Source: Octopus vulgaris
Lineage: Eukaryota
Assembly: GCA_951406725.2 (NCBI GenBank)
Contig: OX597815.1
Coordinates: 211,420,001 to 211,484,000 of the forward strand
Direction of reading: 5' to 3'
Length of the DNA stretch: 64,000 bases
The translations under genes and the position numbers were made by a program. Below are positions 12,955 to 27,702 of the stretch, piece by piece (positions within the stretch are counted from its first letter, which is position 1; the number at the start of each line of letters is the position of its first letter). A model generated the notes under the pieces. It saw only the letters and a list, made by a program, of their open reading frames with translations, ran no database searches and was not told the DNA's origin.

Positions 12955-13472
12955 CTAGCAGTATCGCCCGGCGTTGCTCGGATTTGTAAGGGAAATAACT
13001 ATATAAGCATTTTTAGAGAGTTACTTCCCTTATAGATGCCAATTCGGGCTTTCTTAGCCATTTCTGTTTTGGTGTCTTCAAGCCATGAAGTCGTTGTTCT
13101 AAAAGAACGCTGGTCTCCTTGACAACGCTTTACGACGTTGATTTCCTTACACTCCCTTCCCCACAGCTTCACGAGGGAGGGAAGAAAGGGGAGAAGCAAA
13201 CACAGGTGCAGGTGTTTGAGCGTGGACGCCAACTCCGCCGCCATCGACACACGAAAAATTATGCATTAAAATGGAATAAAAAAATGATGTTAAATTATTT
13301 TTAAAATCGTAGACTCATCGTAGACGCGCGCTAATACTCAGACGGGCTCGATATGAATCACGACTATAAGATATCCGAATTTGGTTAAACTGCACCGCAA
13401 AATGTTGGAGTTGTTAGGAATCTAAATCGAAGGGGACAGACACTCACACAACTACAGTTTTATATATATAGA
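12955..13472 (-). mobile_element. Non-autonomous Helitron-type element, full ends
   Basis: Minus strand starts TC (13472), ends in hairpin ccgagcaacgccgggcg...CTAG (12955), and sits between A and T with no TSD; homologous to 2216-2605. Confidence 0.8.
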
Positions 13473-13759
13473 TATAATGTACCTGTTGTTTTTCTCTTCA
13501 GTCCGAAATGTTGACACTAATTTCAACAACTCAGACGGTAAACTTTATCCTTGCTCTGTTGTCCTTTCTGTTTATAATGTTTGCTGACTTCAAATTACTC
13601 ACTCAAACACACACACACACACACACAGATACACAATCTATGTATATAGATGCATATGTACATGCATTTTCCTTCCGACAGTTTGAATTGAGCCTCAGGC
13701 TATCTTTGATTGACCTGAGAGTAAACAACAGCAGCAGAAGTTGCAATCCCAGCCTGACC

Positions 13760-15420
13760 ATATTAAGTCATCGCAGGCCATGTAATTTGCTTTTCAGTGA
13801 TCTTGGTGAAAAACCATGTAATACAGTTTGTAAATAGCTCTGTACCAGATGGTTTTCTCTAATTTTTAACTAATAGAATTAGCAGAGTCTATATTAATCA
13901 TTTTGTCTAGTATGTTGAGGTTACTAACCTCTGTAGGATTGATATATAAAGAACTTTATAGTTATATGTCAGGGTTTAACTATTCAGATTTCTGTTGATT
14001 AATATTTACAGTATTTTATTCGCATATATGAAAGTATCGTTGTTGATGTTACAAAACCTAGGAGTGGCATTTGTATAAAATTTTGACATGAAGTTTGTTC
14101 AGAGAAACCATATTTTGTTGATGTGTTTACATCAAAGATTATCAATCCCCTAAAATGACACAAGAACTTCTTGTGTCGTTTTAGAGGACCTTTGTCGTTT
14201 TGGGTATTCATTACTGTGATTATATGACTCCTATTTTTATATATTTATTGAGAAAAGCACTGTTTGTTGACTTACAATGAACTTAGCTTAACACTGTGTT
14301 TATACACCATCCTTCTTATGTACTGAATGATAAAGAAAGTCTTCCCTTAATATATGTGGCTTTTGTTGCTTATGAGATCCTCTGCGCAAATGGTTAATTT
14401 AGTCAATGGTACTCCTTGAGGGCATTGAGAGCTCACAAGAGATGGTAAATATCCTGTCAGGGGCGTCAGATATCTAGAGGTTATCATGATTTTACTTAGA
14501 AATACAAAATTTAATCAGATATAATATTTATATTCTACATATATTTTCAAAATCTTTTTGGGGGGATTGGAATGTGAATAGGATAAAGTGGTATTAGTGA
14601 GCAGAATCAAGAGTAATAATGCACCAAGGTTTTATATGACTTTGTTATATAAACTGTCACATTTTCTGCAAGAATATAAGGGGCAAAAGTTCATTCAAAT
14701 ACGTAAAGAGGTACATGTTAGATGGAATACTGTATGAAAATATGGGCAATGAACCACCGAAGGAAATTAACTATTTGATTAAAGTAATCTACTGTCTTTT
14801 GTGAATTTTCACAAAAGTGAGTTCGTAAAGTTTTCGTTCGAGGAAAGGGGATACTGAGCTACAAAAGATTGAGAAACCAGGGCTCTGCGCGGTCGCTTGA
14901 TAATGAGGTTTAAGATACAAGTAAAACAAAAAAAAAAAAAACCCAACGGTTGTCAGGCTGTAATATTTTTGATTATAGATCTCGATCTGAGCTGAGCAGG
15001 GACAAAGCCCCAAAACCAACAGCCTCGTGAATCTCACTCAGAAGTCTTGTACAGTTTTACATAGTTTATTATTGAACCAAAGTTTATGGTTTGCGAATTT
15101 CTTATCTACACTACACTTTATTAAAAGATCTAAGTCTGAGGTTTTACAAGTCGTTTGAAATTATTTTCACAGGGTTTTAAGGAATGCAGGTTTTTATTTT
15201 ACTAATCAGTGTCAAACAGAATCCCTGATGCGATTAAGTACATTGAACTTTGTTTTTGTTTTGTTTTTTTGCTATAATATCCATGCGCCCTACAATAAAC
15301 AGTGTTTTCCAAGCGGGGATACGCAAATATAACATCACCAGCTGATTGGCAAGGTTTCTTGGCAAAAAATTATAGGGATTGAATTATCAAGCATTCATGA
15401 CTAATACTCGGAATAATTCG
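13760..15420 (-). pseudogene. Highly decayed L1/Tx1-like LINE ORF2 fragment
   Basis: Around 14250-14460 the minus strand gives LSMPSRSTID*INHL...KPHILREDFLYHSV, resembling the post-RT region of L1/Tx1 ORF2; part is duplicated at 12653-12835. Weak similarity only. Confidence 0.35.
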
Positions 15421-15484
15421 CTTAGTTACATGAGTATCATACAGTTACATATATGCATACATATATACCGTATGTGTGAGTGTA

Positions 15485-15970
<486 letters not shown>

Positions 15971-16511
15971 AGCTTCTCAATCATATAGTTTCGGGTTCGG
16001 TCCGACTGCTTGACACCCTGGGCAAGTGTCTTGTATAGCTCGGAGCCGATGAAAGCCTTGTGAGAGGATTTGGCAGACGGAAAGTGACAGAATCCATGAA
16101 CACGAACCCAATTTTCGGAGCAGAGATTTAGCCAATTAAACCAATCACAGTTCTTTATTTTATAGATTCCAGAGGGATGAAATGCAAAGTTAATAACACC
16201 AGGATTTGAACCCAGGATATAAAGAGCTGGAACAATTACCTCGAAGCATTTAGTCGATGGTCTAACGATTCTGATAATCCACGGCATAAGCCGAAAATTT
16301 GTTGAGAATTGTCATTTGATTAAGTCATTTCCGTACTTGACTAGTACTTACTTTATTAATCCCGGGCGGGTGCAAAGCGAAGTTGACCGTGGCGTGATTT
16401 GAACTCAGAATAAGGAGTGTGACTAAAAATTCTTGGACGCGCGCGTGTGCGTAAAAGACGCCCATAAATCACAACCATTCTTTACATACACAAATTGTGC
16501 ATATCTTTAAC

Positions 16512-16884
16512 TCTTTTACTTGTTTCAGTCATTTGACTGCGGCCATGCTGGAGCACCGCCTTTAGTCGAGCAACTCGACCCCGGGACTTATTCTTTGTAA
16601 GCCCAGTGCTTATTCTATCGGTCTCTTTTGCCGAACCGCTAAGTGACGAGGACGTAAACACTCCAGCATCGGTCGTCAAGCAATGCTAGGGGGACAAACA
16701 CAGACACACACACATATACATATATACGACAGGCTTCTTTCAGTTTCCGTGAGTGGTCACAAGGCATTGGTCGGCCCGGGGCTATAGCAGAAGACACTCG
16801 CCCAAGATGCCACGCAGTGGGACTGAACCCGGAACCATGTAGTTGGTTAGCAAGCTACTTACCACACAGCCACTCCTGCGCCTA
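16512..16884 (-). mobile_element. Family A SINE, near full length
   Basis: Full tail (...GTCAAATGACTGAAACAAGTAAAAGAG) and tRNA-like head on the minus strand. Confidence 0.9.
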
Positions 16885-18539
16885 TGTTCATGTTTATATG
16901 TGAACATCTTTTAGTAATATTGAGGCAGGCTAAACTTTTGTCATACAAAATACAATTTATAGAGTTACATCAAAGTAAATAAATGTTTCGTTTCACATTT
17001 TCATTTCACTTCACACAAACACGCGCGGCAAGGCGCACACACACACATATACACACACAAAATGCTGTTTATCTTGGAGTCTCTCCAATTGCCCTCAGGA
17101 ATTTCAATTGCACTTTCAGCATTCACCTACCCCTTGTTGTTTGTGATTCATTGCTTGTCTCCACCTTGAAACCGGCTGACTCACTCATGACAGCCAACAC
17201 GATTTTGCCCTTTAACAGTAATGAACGTTGTTCTGCAGAACATCTACTCAACCCGCCCACCAGTGCTTCAGTGTATGACCAATCTGATGAATTAGACAGA
17301 AAAAAAACAATGCATTTTTGCAGTATAATTTAAAATACACATTCACATATGATGTGTTACGTATTTAGATGCAACATGTGATATGCAAGGAGTTAGATGC
17401 TTATAAAACCATTGAGAGAAGATATGACAAAACATGTTCGCACAACAATACAGGATACGTGTGAACCAAAAGATAACTAGCACAAACGAAAACGGCCATG
17501 AACTCATTTTATGCGCACATACTAACACAGTATCACGATAAAGATCAATACACTCACACATACACACAGCCAAATCCTTGTAACCGTTTGAGTTGAATTA
17601 GTTATACGTGACACATTACTGAAAAGCAAAATATCTCAGAAAGGCAACGAACTGACACCGTCGTTAAAGAGTCGGGTAGAAGGGTATTCAGAGTTTATTG
17701 CTGCTCTTTGCGCTGCAGGTTCAAATCCTGCTGTGCTTAGCTTTGCCTTTCAAACTTTCATCTCTCTAATTTGTATCTTGACCTACAAAAATTTAACCTG
17801 CGTTGAATATTTCTGTTAACAATAGTATGTGTGAGATTGATATTCACATGTGAAATACAAATGCTTTATGTACAAGCACACTGTTTGCACACACACTCAC
17901 ACACAAGTAAATATTGCACAGAAGCAGAATCATCTTTGTCAAATTGAAATTATTAGTACGAATGTAATTATTAGTACAATACTAGAGTTGTAGGATGGTA
18001 TACGTGCTATAGCACCAGACAATATTCTTTACATATATGTTCCGACTCTTTGCCTTTTGAACCTGAATTACGGAACCTGACACCTTCATTGCTAGGAGAG
18101 CTGACGGAAGGATTTGAGCAACGTCACGATTGTATCCTATACATATATGAATGCAGACTCTTTACGCCACAAGGTCCACTCCTTGTTGGGGTACAGTGTT
18201 TTGTCCGATATGCTGAAGATTCTGCCAGCTCGCTACTTAAAAGAAAGTTATATCTAATGCTAGAATGATGCCACAAATGAGTCAAAAATTGAACGTAAAG
18301 ACGCTCTCTGTACAGGGTGCTTCTCTGAGCTCTTAGATCAGCCTGAAGTAGTTAAAGAAGAATCCTGAGCAAAGCTTTAGAGTTGAAAAGCACAGAATCA
18401 GGCATTGGGTATTTGACTTAACCAAGAGTAAATGCAAAGGACGAATATTGAGAGCAAATACAGAATACGTTACACATGTCATAAAGATGTAGGCGTATAC
18501 TGAATAACTGTACATACAAAGACATCTCTCGGTCGTAAA

Positions 18540-18910
18540 ATGTCTCATCGATGGCTTGAAGCACGCACAAAAATATCAGTTATATAACAACCATATGAGG
18601 CAGGACAGCAATCGACTAGACATAACGATCTACAATTAAAACCTGAAGTGAAGATATTAGCATTCATTGATATCATACTATCAGAATATGCCAATCGTTT
18701 AAAAACTATGCCGAGAATGTGTGTGTGTGTGTGTGTGTGTGATATCGAGATGAAAGGTAGCAGAGAATTTGAAGTAAAGGTAGTTCCTGTTGTGCTTGGA
18801 ATGCCAAGTACCCTAATATTTATTTTACGGCTCCCAGAAAAAAATATTCCTAGAAGAGACTACAGAAGATCTTCGCGACTAGGAAAGAATATAAGAGAGT
18901 TCCTTACATA
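18540..18910 (+). pseudogene. R4/Dong-like non-LTR retrotransposon restriction-like endonuclease (RLE) remnant
   Basis: NRLDITIYN...ILAFIDIILS...EVKVVPVVLGMPST resembles the RLE motifs NRPDIxxxD...LIDVxxP...KVxVVPVVIGALG; interrupted by (TG)n. Confidence 0.5.
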
Positions 18911-19690
18911 AGATAATGTTTGTGTTTTGTTGAGATCTATTTTCTTAGAAAATATTGACAGAAAAGCCACGAAATATAATTTGTGTTATTATACTACTAT
19001 TACTACTTCCGTTGCTGCTGTTAGTCGAACTAACCACATAGGGATTTTTTCTTTTTTTCTTTCGGCACAAGGTTAAAAGTTTTGTGCAGTGGGGTTATTC
19101 TATGCCACTGATCCCAGTACTAGACTAGTATCTTATTTTTTCGTCTTCGAAGGGCTGAAAAGTAAAGTTGACCACGGTGGGATTTGAACTCAGAATGTAA
19201 AATGCCGAAAAGGACAAACTGGACCTTGATGGATATTGAACTGGGAAACACATCGAGCACTACGTATTAAAAAAAAAAACCAAACAAACATGAACTATGT
19301 AAATTAGTCAAACGATATTTTATCCTTCAGCATCGCATCATTTTCGTATTAAACATAAAAATATTATGAGACATTTACTGACTGTAAGTCAATTTGACAC
19401 ATTAGTAACAGACATCACGAGGTTAATTTTAGTTAATTAGACTTAATTTTTATAGAAAACAATAATATATTAAATAATATTAGAAGGAACAATTAAACCA
19501 AGTATCAGATGGTGTCCTTTATGCAGGAATAATAAACAATCGATTCTATTTTTGACGTTGCAATACAAGTTCTTCTCATAAAAGTTCTTCTCATAACAAT
19601 GGCATAAATTCACCAAAATTTCTGCGACGGAAAAATAATAAAGAACCATACCGTTCAAAACTGTATGAATATTGTGCTACTCTCTTCACT

Positions 19691-20080
19691 CTCTTTTACT
19701 TGTTTCAGTCATTTGACTGCGGCCATGCTGGGGCACCGCCTTTAGTCGAGCAAATCGACCCCGGGTCTTATTCTTTGTAAGCCCAGTACTTATTCTATCG
19801 GCCTCTTTTGCCGAACCGCTAAGTGACGGGGACGTAAACACACCAGCATCGGTTGTCAAGCAATGCTAGGGGTACAAACACACACACACAAACACATACA
19901 CACATACATATATATATACATATATACGACAGGCTTCTTTCAGTTTCCGTCTACCAAATCCACTCACAAGGCATTGGTCGGCTCGGGGCTATAGCAGAAG
20001 ACACTTGCCTAAGATGCCACGCAGTGGGACTGAACCCGGAACCATGTGGTTGGTTAGCAAGCTACTTACCACACAGTCAC
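19691..20080 (-). mobile_element. Family A SINE, near full length
   Basis: Near-identical to 16512-16884. Confidence 0.9.
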
Positions 20081-21959
20081 ACAAAGGCAGTTCTCTTCGA
20101 AAACCTATGAGGAGGGGGGGAGGATGCCTAATCCAGCCATTCTAGCATTAATTTTTATGAATTACGAGCATAACTATATCAGTAAAATACACAAAAAAAA
20201 AAAAACTAACACTCACGATATAATATAAACTAAGATAATGAAAATATCCCTTCGGACGGTTTACTTCTATCTTACGTAATACAGGTAAGATTAAGAATAT
20301 CGCTTAGCAACAACGAGGTTTTGAGTTCAGTACCAATCTGCGGCACCTTGGGTAGGTGTCTCTTACTACAGTCCCGGGTTGACCAATGCATTGTGAGTGA
20401 ATTTGGAAATCCGTCGAGTGGCTGTGTGGTAAGTAGCTTGCTTACCAACCACATTTAGAGGTACAATGCTAAGAGCACAGAAATTACTGCTAGCATTCGA
20501 GAATCGTCGAGTATGAGCATCAGACGTTCCAGATCACGATATCTCAGGATACATGCCCTTCTTGAGAGGTAGGCGTCTCCTCGCATCTTGCCAATAAATC
20601 GAATAATACATCTACGTAAACATTACTACTTCCGGCACTAATATTTATTTTCTAAAATGCCTTTTGGCTATTTGCGACATCAATGGCTGAACGGTCACTG
20701 CTCTTCTATATAAATTTAGCAGTGAGATTCAGCTGGTATGAGGAAGGAAAGCGATCGCACACCACTGAAAAATCGCAGATGTGCTGATTTTTAGCAGTTC
20801 CGGCACCCATGCTAAATGATTTTTGTCTGCTAGTGATGCTTGCCTGTGCTCTTAGCGCTGTACATCTATGAAATGGCCTCTCAAGACGAATACGGCGTTC
20901 TAATAATACGTCCACGTGAAGTAGGATACGAAGATTGCCTTTCGACACTAATATCACTTCCGTCGCTTATATATAATTAAAACATTGTTGACAATAAAAA
21001 TAGGTATACGTTTTTCGCTGTATACGAGTATGCTATAAACAGAAAATTTGCGGATAGATACTAACCTATATCCACCTACATACAAATATATTCGAAAGCA
21101 AATGTACACAAATATGCAAAAATAAATGCACCCACTCTGCTCAAAACCATCTGGCAATCTTCTGCTGTTCTTGTATATCCTTGACACAATTCCAACAGCC
21201 AAATACAATGTGAAGCGAAGCAACCTTCTCGTTAATGGCCGAGGAAAGCATACACACTCACAGGTGCTATTCTTGTATTAAAATAGACACGCACCTTAGT
21301 CACACCTGACTATTAAAACAGCATGATTCCACCAGAAGCAGATATAATGAAAACTTCCTCACCGCTTTTCTCTCTTTATCTTTTTTTTTCTCGTTTTTTT
21401 TTTTTTCTTGTTGCATCTTACATGCTAGCGGTAATAATAAATAAACACACACATACTTCATTAATTTTGCATATCTTTCTACTTTTATAAAATCAAAAAT
21501 AAATATTATTCTTAGATTTCCTTGCGGCCACGCTGAAGCACGATCTTCGATGGGATTAAATCCCACCGATGTTAACAACCCCAAATTTCTGTCAGGTATT
21601 TATGCTATTGGTTTCGCACGGATGAAGACGGAAGGAAAAGTCGACGCGCTGTAAAGGAACGCGGCTGAAAGGAATTATAAAACAACACCTACACAGCACA
21701 GTGTTTTGGATCGATGCAGCGATTATTTTGTCATCCCTCACCGATTTATACATACACATACTTATAAACACACCCGCTCACAGACATGTGTCTGTGTATG
21801 AATTGCTCGAAATACGGAGTAGAAAAACAGCTGACAACTGATGAAGGGTCGTTCGTTATGTTGCTTGTCCTGTTTTCCATTTGTTTCTTTCGTTGTTCGC
21901 AAAAAAAAAAAATGTTCGTATTTCCTATTGTTTTCGTTCTATGATGACCTGTACCCATA

Positions 21960-22005
<46 letters not shown>

Positions 22006-22035
22006 TATATATATATTTCTTTTATTCTTTTCTTT

Positions 22036-22388
22036 TATTTGTTTCAGTCATTTGACTGCGGCCATCCTGGAGCACCGCCTTTAGTCGAGCAAATCGACCC
22101 CAGGTTTTATTCTTTGGAAGCCTAGTACTTATTCTATCGATCTCTTTTGCCGAACCGCTAAGTTACGGGGACGTAAACACACCAGCATCGGTTGTCAAGC
22201 GCTGGTGGGGGAAAACACGGACACACAAACACACATATATTTGTATATACGACGGGCCTCTTTCAGTCTCCATCTACCAAATCCACTCACAAGGCTTTGG
22301 TCGGCCCGATGCTATAGTAGAAGACACTCGCCAAGGACTGAACCTGGAAACCTAGTTGGTTAGCAAGCTACTTACCACAAAGTCACAC
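22036..22388 (-). mobile_element. Family A SINE
   Basis: Homologous to the other family A copies, with a small deletion in the head. Confidence 0.85.
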
Positions 22389-22936
22389 CAGGGCCGGATT
22401 AAGACCCATAGAGGCTCTAAGCACTTAAAAGGTTTTAGTGCCTCCACATTTATGTAAACCAATATATGAAAAATAATAAACCACAAAGTAAATTTTCATT
22501 TTTCAAAATGAAACAAAACTAACAGTAAAACGGAAAATTATATTTACTTTTGTATACTTCCACTTTATTCATATTTGGAAAGTTTTCTCCAACTTACTCT
22601 AATTGCAAAGTCTTTGAAAAGATCTTCAAAATTAATCTTACGTAACGCATCTGCTTCTCTTAGTAAAAATAAAGCATCCAGCCAGCGTTGTTGCTGAGAT
22701 TTTTAATATACTTCAACTGAGAAAATGAACGCTTTGCTGAGTAATTTGTGACCATTAATGATAAAAATATACGAACGGTGATGTACACATTTGGAGAGGC
22801 ACACTCAATAATGCTTACTTTAGCAAGTTTAAAACGAGTTCTAATAGCCGCAAACTATTTACAATTCGGTTGGTGCACACCCTTCCCTCGATGCCCTAAA
22901 CAATGCTTATTTTACTTAAGGGATAATCCAGCGCTA
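22389..22936 (-). mobile_element. Internally deleted hAT (Tip100-like) element retaining the transposase C-terminal dimerization domain
   Basis: Imperfect TIRs CAGGGCCGGATT / aatccagcgcta; minus strand reads PNVYITVRIFLSLMVTNYSAKRSFSQLKYIKN...LRKINFEDLFKDFA (hATC motif). Confidence 0.75.
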
Positions 22937-23112
22937 TATAAGACCTATCACACTTATACTTAGAGGGGATGTGAGTTTGTTCCACATGCACCCTTTGAGC
23001 TTTTCTATCCAAAGAGTTTTTGAACCAAATGTTTGCATGCTATTATGTATAGCTTGTTTCGAGATCCACTTTTCTATGTTCTCTCGTAGTCTATAAATTC
23101 TTATGACGTCAA

Positions 23113-23164
<52 letters not shown>

Positions 23165-23182
<18 letters not shown>

Positions 23183-23370
23183 CTGTGTGTGTTAATCTCC
23201 CCAACATCGCTTGACAAACGATGCTGGTGTGTTTACGTCCCCATAACTTAGCGGTTCAGCAAAAGAACCGCTAGAATAAGTACTAGGCTTACAAAGAATT
23301 AATTCTGGGGTCGATTTGCTCGACTAAAGGCGGTGCTCCAGCATGGCCGCAGTCAAATGACTAAAACAAA
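23165..23370 (+). mobile_element. Family A SINE, 3' half
   Basis: cgcttgacaa.cgatgctggtgtgtttacgtccc...ggccgcagtcaaatgact tail. Confidence 0.8.
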
Positions 23371-23434
23371 TGTAAGATATATATATATATAAACAATAAG
23401 GATTGTTACGAAGCTGCATACCATTACCTTTATT

Positions 23435-23482
<48 letters not shown>

Positions 23483-26400
23483 CTTACTATTTACAAAAAT
23501 GTGTGTGTGTGTGTGTGTGTATTCACACATGCACGCATACATTTGTACACACCCACATTCATGCGCGTGTGTATGTAAATAGGTATGTATTTGTTGGAAG
23601 CCGACTCACTTCCGAGTATGACCATGTATGTATACTCACATATACATCATACAGTTGTATTCTGGATGGTTCACTCTGGCAATAAAAACAGTTGCACATG
23701 TTCCTTGTTGTTAGATAATTAATTATTAAAAAAAAAAGTTAGATTCAATGCCTGTATATAATTGGTTGTGCAACCCTCGTGAAGTACAACAATATTTGTT
23801 CCAACGCACTGTTTTACATGATGAGAAACATATACAAGAACTCTCGGTGCCTATGAGAGGGCAGGAAAGCGAGTGTTTGTGTGTATGAGAGAGAGTGAGT
23901 TAGCAGAGTGAGTAAACAACAGCAAGCATTTATTGATAGATGGATTCAATACTAGAAGAAAAAATCAAATTTTATATAAACTGGTGCTAATTACAGTTTC
24001 TGAGAAGCGAATACTGATTAGGATTGCAAGTGGGGACAACTGAAATGGAGTTGATTGTAGACACTTGTATCGGAATGCTGGTGCCATAGTTCTTCGGATT
24101 ACTGTTTTTTATTTATTTATTTACTGTAGTCCAAAGTCAACTGTGATCGCTGGTATTTTTTAGGAGTATTAATTATTTACATGCTATTATATACAGCTTA
24201 ATTATTTTATGCGTCCTATCAATCTCAAAAAGGGGACAGCTTTGTGTGAGCTAGAGAAAAATTTGGTTATTTCTAGCAGATTGATCGGTAACAGAAAGGC
24301 TCTTTTGAGCCAAATATCATATGGTGGCCCAGCTTTACAGTACATAGATGATAAATTAACTTGTTCGACAATATATTTCTGCGTCTCCCTAAAGAATATC
24401 AAAATACTAACCACCACCCACCCACCCACCGTTTGCCAGTGCTTAAAAGATGATCTTTTTGTCCAACTAGAAAAAAAAAGCAAACAAAATTGGATTTCCA
24501 AAAGAAGCAAACGAAACTGGATTGGTAGAATTGTTAGAGCAGCAGAAAAAATGTCTAGCAGAGTTTGACTGAATTCTTTACATTTTGAGTTCAAACACTA
24601 CCGATGTCAGCTTTGATTTTCATCCTTCCAGGGGTCATTGAAATCAAGTGCCACTCAATAGGGTCAGTCGATGCAATCCGCTAACCCACTTCTCTTAAAA
24701 TTCTTGCCCTTAAACCTAAATTTAAAATTGTATTTATTGCTGTTGCTTCTTGTCCTAGACAAACGTGATTACACGCAACTCCCATGTTTGGATTCCATTT
24801 TATGCCTATTTAGCCAACAAATTGTATTATTTGTTTTGTCATATCACATACAAAAGGAAGATATAAACTGTATTTTAACACGTTTTGCCCGGTTTAGGTG
24901 ACAAGCAAGAAGAAATATCTTAGAACAATATATCTTTTTAAAAATTGATTAGTTTGTTTACGGCACAAAATGCTGATGCAAGATAGAGGCAACGTCCTCT
25001 CTATCTAAAACTTTGACAACAAAAAAGAAAAATGAATGTGAACTAGAATACTTTGCACAAAGATACATGCAATTTAATTGGAAAAGAAAGACCTCTTTGT
25101 TGATCATGATAGTAAAAGAACAGTTTCAGTGTTTCAGTTAGCAATAGCAACACACAGAGCTTTGTATATGTGTACAGACACATCCGTACACTCGCTCGTG
25201 CGCACGCACACACAAACAGCATTGTAGATATCGCTTCAAAAAAGGCGCTTTGGGAGAGGGAATGGGTAAACGGAGAAAAGAACTCTTGGCAGTGTTGTGC
25301 TTACAAAGAGCTTTGTATCCTTGCACGATGCATTAGTCTAAAGTCGGAAAAGGTAATATGTGACACACTTCTACCTCGCGAAGAGAATGGAAGTCTTCCA
25401 TAACCCTAGAAGATGAACAGACAGACACTGACCGATATGTGGAAGAGGGGGCTTCAATCGGACCAAGAGAAAGAATGCAGTGGCGTTCGCTTATTTTCAA
25501 GATCGAAGACGAAACAAAACGACGAGTAGAAGCAGTGCTATGAAGACTATAGTTTATAGGTTTATACTGAAATAAATGGGTGAGCGCAATACAAGAGTAA
25601 AAGTAGGAGTGTTCTATGAGAAGCGACACTGATCTTCAGGTCCGAAGGGGTCAGCATAGATTTGGAAATTGGTATGTTCCTTCAATGAAAAGCGTTACGT
25701 CCCTAATATGCCATTCCAGAGATGTAGCCTAACGTGTACGCAGAAGCAAAAACAATGAGACTGTTAATGCAGGATAGAAAGAGCAGCAGTTAGAGGAGAC
25801 ACAACTGACGCAATTCTGAGTGTTTTGTGCTTTGAAGAGCTGGCGTGTGCTAGCGTTCAATTCCAGGTCAATCTTCATTGAAAAGGTTCTATAATCAACG
25901 TCTATTTTTTATATACAATTTGTTATTCTCTTTTTAAGATAAGATTGATTTAATGAATATTTGGCTCCTATCTCTAGCATGTCAAACGTTCACATGGTGG
26001 ATCCCACGTTGTCTGTAGCAAAAACACTACAGGTTCAATGCAGATGCCAAACAACTTTTTCCATGGTACTTATAATATCGACTGGTGTGACATACAAGCT
26101 AAAACCAACAACTCGGGGCCTCTGTATATCTCTTAAGACAAGGGATCTGCCCCTAGAAAGTTCATCTCCGGGGGACCTCAGTAACGCCTCTTTATTTTGA
26201 AAGAGGAACAACATCAACCAGCGCAACTAGAGTAAAAATAATATACGCATTTAATGTACGGTTCAGAAGTATACAGTTCCTTAAACACACAACAATATAC
26301 TATAATGTTTTTCTTTTGAATGTGTGTATTCCTCAAGGAGAAAACAAGCCCACCCATTCTTAAGAGCGGTTTTGTTAGAGTGATGCCCAGGAATTTATAT

Positions 26401-26886
26401 ATCATAATGTATATGAAGTGGTAATCATTAAGTGAATTTTATTATTGTAATTTATTTTAAGGCAGTGAGCTAGCAAAAGCGTTAGCACGCCTGGCAAAAT
26501 ACTTACCAGCATTCCGTTTGTCTTTATGTTCTGAGCTCAAACTCTTCCGAGGTCGACTTTGTTTTTCGTAATCAATAAAATGAGAACTATTCAAGTGCTG
26601 AGTTTCGACTTACCCCTCCCTTCAAAAACTGATGGCCCTGTGCCTAACTATTATTTATAATTTATTTATCACGTTACGGCAATACAGATATACACTAATG
26701 ACATCACATACGTCGTCTGTTAGAATGCAAAGAGTCGGAAAAGATACTGAAGACGTCCAGTCCGATGGTCTAACAATTCTGCCAAATGGTCGCCCTAAAC
26801 TCGAACTTTACTTGTCGACCTCCGAGTGCCAGAAATGCAAAGTTGATCTCAGCAGTATTTGAAATCAGTGACCAAGAAACTGGGAT

Positions 26887-26919
<33 letters not shown>

Positions 26920-27000
26920 ATAGTAGGGAATATAATTCCAAAACTTACAGGGAAAAATTTAGTTTAACAATTTTAAATCAAATTTCACAATATATATATA

Positions 27001-27302
27001 TATATATAATTTAGATAAAAACTTCTATTAAGCAATTCAATAAAGAAAGATGTTATTCACACCATATAGAAAACATATACTATAAAAAACATAGATGATA
27101 AAAAAACTTATTCTAAAAATCAATAAAGTACAATAAATAGTAAACAGTAGTACAACTATTATTTACTAATTATCGTACGTTATTGCTTTTTAGAATAAGT
27201 TTTCTTATAATATATGTTTTTTTATGGTGTATGTTTTCTACATGGTGTGAGTAACATCTTTATTGAATTGTTTAATAGAGGTTTTTCTCTAAATTATATA
27301 TA
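27001..27302. repeat. ~300-bp imperfect palindrome (fold-back) between (TA)n tracts
   Basis: The left arm (27001-~27151) is the reverse complement of the right arm (~27155-27302), with a loop of about 3 nt. Confidence 0.9.
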
Positions 27303-27317
27303 CACACACACACACAC

Positions 27318-27353
<36 letters not shown>

Positions 27354-27354
27354 G

Positions 27355-27700
27355 TAGAAAAATACAAACTGGGACAAGAACGTAAAACATTTAGAAGACG
27401 ATACAAAAAAACACGGACGGGACATTCGAAGCCTTCAATCTTCAGTCAAGAACCAGATCATCCTAGTAATTTCGGCTGATTAATCTTGAGATCGCTCCGA
27501 TCCGGCCAGCCCCAAGGAAAAACTAAGCTACGAGCATTAGATTTTTTGGAAAAAGGATCGAATGTATACGAAACAGGGACAGAAAAACGGACGATACCAC
27601 ACGAATACAAAATACAAAAAACAATAATGGTAAAAACAGGACAAAAACAGCGGGTGTCTTACGACTAATAAACATTACAACTTAGTTTAGCTGGCGTATT
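27355..27700 (-). mobile_element. Dispersed (TA)n-adjacent repeat, homolog of 5380-5725
   Basis: Reverse-complement similarity over ~330 bp. Confidence 0.6.
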
Positions 27701-27702
27701 TG

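Noticed and set aside
17125-17284. Candidate minus-strand exon after a good polypyrimidine acceptor
   Set aside because: The only open frame (WSYTEALVGGLSRC...) shows no ADAMTS similarity and has the wrong phase to follow the pro-domain exon.
21790-21855. GAAA...CTGATGA possible type II hammerhead in a microsatellite-flanked repeat
   Set aside because: Stems I and III cannot be closed convincingly; a family consensus would be needed to revisit it.
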